Assembly (NCBI GenBank): GCA_965661685.1
Contig: CBFIET010000175.1
Coordinates: 20,160-84,159, forward strand
Source of the DNA: Planctomycetota bacterium
GTDB lineage: Bacteria; Planctomycetota; UBA8108; UBA1146
Length of the DNA: 64,000 nucleotides
Reading direction: 5' to 3'
The notes beneath the pieces are model-generated. The model was not told the DNA's origin, did not search any database, and saw only the letters and a program-made list of their open reading frames with translations. Shown here piece after piece: positions 57,444 through 64,000 of the stretch. Position 1 is the first letter of the stretch, and every line of letters begins with the position of its first letter. The position numbers and the translations under genes are program-made.

Positions 57444-59279
57444 CTACATGCAACTCCCCTGTGTCTCTTCGCAGGAGAGCGGATCGTCGGTCGGGTCCGA
57501 ACCACAGTCGAAGGGTTCCGGCGGTGCGGCCCCCGATTGAAACAAGTAATCGAGGAGCGAAACCACATCCGAGATATCGTTCGTACCGTCGTCGTTACAA
57601 TCCACGGAATCGAGACAATCAGGTGCGGTGCCCCCTCCGAACAAGTAGAGGAGCGCCCCCACCGCATCTGCAACATCTCTATTGCCATCGTCATTGACAT
57701 CACCGCGTCGAAAACTCGATTGCGGAATGCCGACAACATAGGAACGCTCGGAGGTGGTCATGGAGTTCCCGGCGAAATCAGTAACTCGAATTCGGTAGAT
57801 GACCGTTGTGGAAAACCCGGGATCAGGAACAAGACCTCGATATAAATCGTGTCCGGACCAAGACATCGGAACGGGAGCAAACTGGGCTCCCGTCGACCAC
57901 TCCAGGATGACGGACTGAAAAAAGGCACCGTGATCGGAAGTCATGTCATCTCGAACCACGGCTCTGACGATGCTAGAGCCGCTTCCCACGAGGATATCAG
58001 GGAGTTCTTCCCAGAAAGGAACGGTCGGTGGCCGGGTATCGGCGGGTCCCTGGTTGAGATACAGGCGGTTCCTGAAGGCTCCGCTCTCCCCCTGGGCGGT
58101 TATCATGTCGAGATCGCCATCCGCATCCAGATCCCCCACCTCGACATCGAGCGAACTGTCAGACACCGACGAGATGACCCCGCCAACCAGTGTCAGGAAT
58201 CCGTTGCCGTTGTTATTCAGCATCCTCTCCGGCCCGCCGATGGCGCAGATCACCACATCGAGGTCTCCATCGTTGTCATAATCGAGAAACTTGCTGTCGT
58301 TGTCATCGATGTTCGGATTCGAGGAGTTTGGAAGCAGCGTCGAGGTCACGTTCGTGAAGGAGGCGGATCCATCATTCTGGAAGATGGCCTCCCTCGACCC
58401 CACTCCCGAGTTTGCTCCCACCACATCCAGATCTCCATCCCCGTCGAGATCACCAAGATCATAGGAATAGGTGTTGGAATCTGGAGGAAGGTTGCCGGAG
58501 GTCTCATCGGTGAAGATTCCACCCTCGTTGATGTAGAGCTTTGAATTTCCATCTCGATGTCCCTCGATCATGTCGAGGTCGAGATCTCCGTCGAGGTCTC
58601 CAAAGATGCAATCCATCGGTGCTGAAACATTTTGTAATGGCAGCCGTTGATTGGTTCCGTTGCTGTATACACCGTTTCCATCATTGACCCACAGTTGCGC
58701 CTGGCCCGATCCGAACCGGGTCGATCCGCCACGTGTATACCAGAGGTCAAGATCGCCATCGTTGTCGATGTCTCCAAAGGCGCAATGTGAACTCGACATG
58801 TTGAACTGGGGAATGCGTGTCGCAGATTCATCGGTGAAAAAACCGTTGCCATCATTGATGAGAAGTTTTTGCGGAGTGAGGAAATCATTCGCCACGGCCA
58901 TGTCGAGGTCGCCATCGCCATCGACATCACCCAGTTCTACATCTCTTCCGTATCCGATCAGGTTTCCCAGACGATTCACCGACTCGTCGGTGAATACCGC
59001 ATTACCATCGTTGATGTACAGTCGAACTCGCTGCGCCTGACCGGGCGAGGCGAATCCACTGCCGTTGGCAAAGCACAGGTCGAGATCTCCATCACCGTCC
59101 ACGTCACCGATGGCTACCTGGCTGGAATATTCGTTAAAGACCGGTAATCGGCCGTTACTCGATTCCAGAAATTGCTGCGCCTCGACGCCGCTGGATGCGC
59201 TGAATCCGATCAATACCGTCAAGAAGCAAACTGGCAGGCAATACCTCACCACACTCTCCTCCCCGATACTCCACGTCAT
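57444..59279 (-). CDS. Secreted seven-bladed FG-GAP/VCBS beta-propeller protein with Ig-like domain and C-terminal dockerin-like Cys-rich module
   Basis: Signal peptide. Seven DxDxDGDLD loops (DVDGDGDLDLCF, DVDGDGDLDMAV, DIDNDGDLDLWY, DLDGDLDLDMIE, DLDGDGDLDVVG, DYDNDGDLDVVI, DLDADGDLDMIT). C-terminus DVNDDGNRDVADAVGALLYLFGGG...CLDSVDCNDDGTNDISDVVSLLDYLF...CGSDPTDDPLSC. Confidence 0.75.
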   Translation of the reverse strand: MTWSIGEESVVRYCLPVCFLTVLIGFSASSGVEAQQFLESSNGRLPVFNEYSSQVAIGDVDGDGDLDLCFANGSGFASPGQAQRVRLYINDGNAVFTDESVNRLGNLIGYGRDVELGDVDGDGDLDMAVANDFLTPQKLLINDGNGFFTDESATRIPQFNMSSSHCAFGDIDNDGDLDLWYTRGGSTRFGSGQAQLWVNDGNGVYSNGTNQRLPLQNVSAPMDCIFGDLDGDLDLDMIEGHRDGNSKLYINEGGIFTDETSGNLPPDSNTYSYDLGDLDGDGDLDVVGANSGVGSREAIFQNDGSASFTNVTSTLLPNSSNPNIDDNDSKFLDYDNDGDLDVVICAIGGPERMLNNNGNGFLTLVGGVISSVSDSSLDVEVGDLDADGDLDMITAQGESGAFRNRLYLNQGPADTRPPTVPFWEELPDILVGSGSSIVRAVVRDDMTSDHGAFFQSVILEWSTGAQFAPVPMSWSGHDLYRGLVPDPGFSTTVIYRIRVTDFAGNSMTTSERSYVVGIPQSSFRRGDVNDDGNRDVADAVGALLYLFGGGTAPDCLDSVDCNDDGTNDISDVVSLLDYLFQSGAAPPEPFDCGSDPTDDPLSCEETQGSCM

Positions 59280-59446
59280 TCAGGACCGGAAGTATCAGAA
59301 TATAGACCCCTCAAGTGTACTGCCTCGATTGCCACCCGTGAACCGAGGTCGACCCATCGGGTCTGCTATCGTGGCCACGGCTCAAGCGTTATCCTCGTCC
59401 CCTCTTCGATCAATCGACACCTGAATAGATGTTTTGGAGGACACCG

Positions 59447-60673
59447 ATGGCAGACAGCAAGCACCCCTGGGAAACACCGATGCCCGATGATCAGTTCTCC
59501 CGCATGCAAGAGATCCTCTCCGCTCCCAGTCCCATCGGACTGGAAGCTGCGATGACCGAGGGTGTTCTGGCTCCGATGCTGGAAGAGTTCATCCCGGAAG
59601 GCTGGAAGATTCATCGTTTCCGGGGAAATGCTGGAATCGTTCTCGACACGATGCCCGATGCTCCCGAAGGAACTCTCACCGTCATGGCCATCGGTCATGC
59701 AGACAAGATCCGCATGCAGGTTCGAAGCATCGGCGAAGATGGCAAGATATGGATCAATAGCGATTCCTTCCTCCCCACGACATTGATCGGCCACGAGGTC
59801 ACCCTCTTCTCCGAGAATCCCGAGAAGCCCGGTGAGTACCGAAGTATCTCCGGTGGAACGGTTGAAGCACTTGGCGCGATTCACTTTGCCGAGCCTCCGC
59901 TTCGAGACGGTTCCAAGGGCATCAAGCCAAACCAGCTCTACCTCGAGTTACAGCTGAGTGGAGACGAGCGAAAGAAACAGGTCGAGGCACTTGGAATCCG
60001 CGCAGGAGATCCCTTGCTCCTCGATCGCCCCATCCGCCGAGGATTCGGTCCCGATAGTTTTGTCGGCGCCTATCTCGACAACGGACTGGGTTGTTTCGTG
60101 GTCGAGGAAGCCGCACGCATCATCGCTGGCGGCGATTCACTGAAGAATGTCCGCTACCTCGGTGCATTTGCTGCATACGAGGAGATCGGTCGATTTGGAA
60201 GTCGGGTGATGGCGGGAGTGATGAAGCCGGATGTCATCATCGGTGTCGATGTAAACCACGACTACGAAGCGGCACCGGGGATCGGAGACCGCCGATATGC
60301 TCCACTCAAGATGGGGCAGGGGATGACACTGGCTGTCGGTGCCATCGTCACTGCCGGTCTCAATGTGATCATTCAGGACTCATGCCAGGCAAACGACATC
60401 CCTTATCAGGTCGATGTCTGCGGCCGCGATACCGGCACCGATGCCATGGCAGGGGTTCTTGCCAGCGTCGACTCTGCAGCAACCAGCATCGGGTTCCCGA
60501 TACGTAACATGCATACAATTTCAGAGAGCGCTCACACCGGAGATGTCATCGCCGCAGTTCATGCGCTGGTCGCAACCTTGAGACGAATGGATGAGCAGGG
60601 AACTACTACAGCAGATCTATGTGGCGCACATCCACGCCTGGATGAAATTGAGTCTCTCTCCCACGGAGAGTGA
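59447..60673 (+). CDS. M42-family (FrvX/YsdC-like) glutamyl/tetrahedral aminopeptidase
   Basis: MADSKHPWE...MAIGHADKI, YLDNGLGCFVV, DVNHDYE. Colinear with M42 peptidases. Confidence 0.8.
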   Translation: MADSKHPWETPMPDDQFSRMQEILSAPSPIGLEAAMTEGVLAPMLEEFIPEGWKIHRFRGNAGIVLDTMPDAPEGTLTVMAIGHADKIRMQVRSIGEDGKIWINSDSFLPTTLIGHEVTLFSENPEKPGEYRSISGGTVEALGAIHFAEPPLRDGSKGIKPNQLYLELQLSGDERKKQVEALGIRAGDPLLLDRPIRRGFGPDSFVGAYLDNGLGCFVVEEAARIIAGGDSLKNVRYLGAFAAYEEIGRFGSRVMAGVMKPDVIIGVDVNHDYEAAPGIGDRRYAPLKMGQGMTLAVGAIVTAGLNVIIQDSCQANDIPYQVDVCGRDTGTDAMAGVLASVDSAATSIGFPIRNMHTISESAHTGDVIAAVHALVATLRRMDEQGTTTADLCGAHPRLDEIESLSHGE

Positions 60674-61983
60674 TCTGGAATCGGAGTTCGATGTCGTCCA
60701 CCTGGATCTTACTGGCGGTGATTTCGGTCTTTCCATCAGTTCAACAGGCGGATGTCTCCGATCAAGACCGACCACTGGAACTCCTCGCTGATCTGAAGTA
60801 TCCCGACCACTGGCGATGGATCCCAGAGGACCGGATGCCGGAGGGCAACCTGCTCGACAGGGTGATGATCTCCTCCTTCATCACCCCCATGGTCTTCTTC
60901 GAGGGAGATGTCGGTGCCGGCGGTGGAATCGGCATCACTGACATCGATTTCAGGAACAAGCGTCGATCTCAGTTTGCAAATATGTGGGCGACCTACACCA
61001 CCGAAGGACAGACTCAGTTTTCCTTCTACTGGAGAAAGTGGCTATCTCATCGCGATTACCCCTCTCGAGGTGTGCTACAGGGAGACAGGGATTTCCTGGG
61101 AGTATTCGTGAATCACTCCAACACCCTGACCTCCCGTTTCTTCGGGCTGGGAGCAGACACGACTCTTCTCGATGAGGGTTCCTACAGTCGGGCATCGAAC
61201 TCCATCGGTGCCGGGATTCAGCGATCTTTCACCAAGGAGAGCGACAACTGGATCTGGAACCTCGACGCAACGCTCCAGTCCGATGAGCTTGGCACCGGAA
61301 AGGTGACTGGAGCCCTCGATGTGGAGACCACTCATCCACTGCTATTTGCACAGGGAGATGACCACGAAGCGTTGTGGATTCGAGCTGGCATTCGTCACGA
61401 CACGCGCGACGCCCAGCATCTTCCTTACAGGGGTCACTCGGTAGGATTCTCTCTCAACACGATGCCGCTGGTTCGCGATGGACAAGCAGGCGCAATTGCA
61501 TCCTTCATGTCCAGCTGGGTCAGTCCGGTAGATCCCCTGTTCCATTCGGGAGGAGATCCTTCGCACGAGCATCCACCCACCGATTCGTTTGCGACTTACT
61601 TTTCTCTCTCGAGTTCAATCGGAGATGTACCCTTCTGGGCTCTCCCATCTCTAGGTGGAGACAACTCTCTTCGCGGAACGATACGTGGGCGCCTTCGTGA
61701 TCGTTGCGCCTGGGCTTCAGGTATCGAGTGGAGACCATGGGTTCTTGCAGAGGGGATACCTCTGACTGGAGACATCCGCATCGAAAGAGCAGGGCTAGCG
61801 TTGTTCGCCGACGCCGGATCAGTTGCAGAAACTCTGGGAAGGCTGAACACGTCGGAAGTTTATTCTTCGATGGGAATAGGGCTGCGATTCACATTCGAAA
61901 GACAGGCGCTGTTCCGGACCGACATCGGATGGTCCAACGAGGGAGATTCAAACCTGTCCATCTCCTATGGACTGCCCTTTTGA
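60670..61983 (+). CDS. Omp85-superfamily outer-membrane beta-barrel protein (bacterial surface antigen domain only; no POTRA detected)
   Basis: Signal peptide. C-terminal LGGDNSLRGT motif and a C-terminal aromatic residue (...SYGLPF). The start overlaps the M42 stop. Confidence 0.65.
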   Translation: MIWNRSSMSSTWILLAVISVFPSVQQADVSDQDRPLELLADLKYPDHWRWIPEDRMPEGNLLDRVMISSFITPMVFFEGDVGAGGGIGITDIDFRNKRRSQFANMWATYTTEGQTQFSFYWRKWLSHRDYPSRGVLQGDRDFLGVFVNHSNTLTSRFFGLGADTTLLDEGSYSRASNSIGAGIQRSFTKESDNWIWNLDATLQSDELGTGKVTGALDVETTHPLLFAQGDDHEALWIRAGIRHDTRDAQHLPYRGHSVGFSLNTMPLVRDGQAGAIASFMSSWVSPVDPLFHSGGDPSHEHPPTDSFATYFSLSSSIGDVPFWALPSLGGDNSLRGTIRGRLRDRCAWASGIEWRPWVLAEGIPLTGDIRIERAGLALFADAGSVAETLGRLNTSEVYSSMGIGLRFTFERQALFRTDIGWSNEGDSNLSISYGLPF

Positions 61984-61992
61984 CTTCTCGCT

Positions 61993-62628
61993 TCAGCTTC
62001 CCCCGGGAAACGGAAGATCAAGCCAACCAGCCGGCGGAGTACTGCTAGCCATCATCATGGCATACACATCATCTCGAATCACATGGGCACCGAACATCTC
62101 CATGTGTGGAGTCTGCTGCTGACAATCGAGAGCACTGTATCCAAGGCCTTGCAGGTGCTCGATGAGAGAAATCACGCACATCTTTCCTGCGCCGGTCTTC
62201 AGGTGAAACATACTCTCACCTGCAAAAATTCCTCCGACCGCCAGTCCGTAGATTCCTCCGACCAGTTTGCCTTCCTCATCCCATGCTTCCACCGAATGAG
62301 CGATCCCCAGCGAATGCAGCTGGATGAACAATTCCTCGATATCACGGGAAATCCACGTCTCGTGGCGAGCGGCACACGCTTCCACCACTGCACCAAATGC
62401 CACATCGGTGGTGAAGCGAAGATTCGATTTCTTCAGCAGCCTGCGCAGTGATCGTGGAATTCGATAGGTATCCCAGGAGATGATCGCTCGCTCCGATGGC
62501 CGGACCCAGAAGATCTTGCCTTCCCGATGATCCGCCATCGGGAAACACCGTTCCATGTAGGCTCGGATCACCCTTGCCGGGCTTACCGGGATACCATCTT
62601 CATCTCGTATTCTCTCGATCGGGCGCAA
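61993..62628 (-). CDS. aat: Leucyl/phenylalanyl-tRNA--protein transferase
   Basis: GKIFWVRPSERAIISWDTYRIPRSLRRLLKKS...GKLVGGIYGLAVGGIFAGESMFH. Colinear with E. coli Aat. Confidence 0.88.
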   Translation of the reverse strand: MRPIERIRDEDGIPVSPARVIRAYMERCFPMADHREGKIFWVRPSERAIISWDTYRIPRSLRRLLKKSNLRFTTDVAFGAVVEACAARHETWISRDIEELFIQLHSLGIAHSVEAWDEEGKLVGGIYGLAVGGIFAGESMFHLKTGAGKMCVISLIEHLQGLGYSALDCQQQTPHMEMFGAHVIRDDVYAMMMASSTPPAGWLDLPFPGGS

Positions 62629-62822
62629 GATACCCTCCTCTTGCAGCGATTGTACCTCATCAACCGAACCACTTCTCGTTGGTTTTATCTCACCGCTTTT
62701 TTCTGTTCGAGATCAGCATGATGAGTTCAAGAAAGAGAAGTCAAATCCTGACCAACTTGTCACTCACTACAGTCAGGTCAAAAAATAAAACAACTACTTG
62801 TATTCCGAACAGAGGAACCGAC

Positions 62823-63215
62823 CTATCCCTGAATCTCTTTGAGATGAAGAGCGGCCATGAACAACAAGGTTGCAACGGAGCAGATGAGAACTCCGAACCA
62901 CCATCGGATCTTTCCATAGATTTTTTTCCTTGCACTGACAACTCTTGCGGGCCACCAGCAAAGAAAGACGCACTTGATCAGGGTTCCCCATGCCAGCAAG
63001 CCAACGAGCCCTTCGACATCGGTCCCCACCGAGGGATTCTTCACGAGAACCAGTACCGCCATCATGCTCCAGAAATACCCGACGACCCTGAGTAGTTCTG
63101 TCTCCTCTTGGATCTTCTCGAGCCACTGTTCCACCGACGACGGCCTGAACAGTGCAGGAATCCCGATGAGCAGTGCATGGGGAACGACAATCATGCAGAA
63201 GATCCACGAATCCAT
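62823..63215 (-). CDS. Small hypothetical membrane protein (3-4 TM)
   Basis: 130-aa hydrophobic ORF with no recognisable family. Confidence 0.45.
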   Translation of the reverse strand: MDSWIFCMIVVPHALLIGIPALFRPSSVEQWLEKIQEETELLRVVGYFWSMMAVLVLVKNPSVGTDVEGLVGLLAWGTLIKCVFLCWWPARVVSARKKIYGKIRWWFGVLICSVATLLFMAALHLKEIQG

Positions 63216-63366
63216 CTTTCAACTCCTCTTCCCCCGCAATCGATGAACGGTAGATGAAATCCAGCTCGTAGTCACCGATCACCGCCGCTCAGACAGGGAC
63301 AAGATGCACCTGATCGGCGTTCGTTTCAGTAGATTTCCACCACTTCCCTGTCACGATACGGCCGTC

Positions 63367-64000
63367 ATGAGCAATATTGACCCCTCACAGCCTACCAACC
63401 AGGCCACCGTCGGAGTGATCGAAGGAGTCGTCGCATACCTCTGGTGGGGGTTGATCACGACCCTCTACTTCCGCTGGATGAGCGACACCGATCACCTCGA
63501 ACTTCTGGCGTGGAGGGTACTCGGTGGGTTGCCGGTGATGATCATCGTCCTGGCGATCCGCGGAGATCTTTCAGCAATGCTTTCCGTGTTTCGAGATATA
63601 CGTTCCGTAATTGCGTTACTCGCTTCCGCAATTCTCATCATGCTCAACTGGCTCACCTTCATCTATTCGGTACTGGAAGAACGAATCACCGAAGCGAGCC
63701 TCGGTTACTACATCAATCCGCTGGTATCTGTGGCTCTCGGATTCATCTTCCTCGGTGAACGTCTTCGACCTCTGCAATGGGTTTCCGTAGCACTCGCCTC
63801 GATGGCAGTGGTTCAACTGACCATCTCAGGAGGAAGCTTGCCGTGGATCAGTCTGGTGCTGGCCGTTTCTTTCGGTGCATATGGTTTGATCCGAAAACAG
63901 GTCAAAGCATCATCAGAGGTCGGATTGTGTATCGAGATGATACTCCTGCTGATCCCGATGCTGATCCTTGAAGCGTGGTTGTTCTCCAGCGATAGAACGA
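63367..64000 (+). CDS. rarD: EamA-family transporter RarD, N-terminal ~211 aa. The gene runs off the right edge.
   Basis: Not in the ORF track. Translation MSNIDPSQPTNQATVGVIEGVVAYLWWGLITTLYFRW...LGYYINPLVSVALGFIFLGERL contains the RarD hallmark YYINPL. Confidence 0.8.
   Translation, partial: MSNIDPSQPTNQATVGVIEGVVAYLWWGLITTLYFRWMSDTDHLELLAWRVLGGLPVMIIVLAIRGDLSAMLSVFRDIRSVIALLASAILIMLNWLTFIYSVLEERITEASLGYYINPLVSVALGFIFLGERLRPLQWVSVALASMAVVQLTISGGSLPWISLVLAVSFGAYGLIRKQVKASSEVGLCIEMILLLIPMLILEAWLFSSDRT

Noticed and set aside
62629-62822. Hairpin cctgac...gtcagg with an adjacent A/T run, as a possible terminator
   Set aside because: The A/T run is on the wrong side of the stem for either strand, and the 20-nt loop is too large. 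More likely this is simply an AT-rich promoter region for aat.

Overview
The window is a 64 kb, high-GC, gene-dense chromosomal stretch, coding on both strands, with about 57 protein genes and no rRNA, tRNA or CRISPR. Lineage is an inference only: dockerin-like modules, DUF1573, FG-GAP/VCBS beta-propellers, many Cys-lipobox lipoproteins and a large secreted peptidase repertoire point to Planctomycetota or a related PVC-type bacterium. Housekeeping genes include leuS (partial at the left edge), thyA-folA, pyrE, ettA, trkA-trkH, recQ, rmuC, aat, cutC and rarD (partial at the right edge). Accessory content: a secreted cyanophycinase (CphB/CphE-like) with a plant-type isoaspartyl peptidase; two EF-hand calcium-binding secreted proteins; a six-gene sugar-acid catabolic cluster (altronate-dehydratase-like, two Zn-ADHs, Gfo/Idh/MocA, two TIM-barrel isomerases); a MerR/B12-domain (LitR/CarH-like) regulator with a YfcH-type epimerase; a five-gene minus-strand efflux operon (AI-2E transporter, outer-membrane factor, HlyD adaptor, DUF2955/FUSC-like protein, K+ channel); three secreted proteins sharing a Cys-rich dockerin-like C-terminal module, one of which also has a cohesin-like domain; and a 1005-aa esterase / transglutaminase-like / esterase fusion. 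The most notable finding is a SelW-like (Rdx family) selenoprotein gene on the minus strand at 32654..32881 that the ORF track missed. It has an in-frame UGA (CxxU motif) followed by a SECIS-like hairpin, and sits in what looks like a 344-bp intergenic gap upstream of ettA. Other findings include a relic of a cyanophycinase 3-prime end that carries a 32-nt near-perfect repeat of the intact gene's 3-prime end, a 267-bp tandem-repeat array inside an Ig-domain surface protein, several inverted-repeat candidate operators, and a strong bidirectional terminator.
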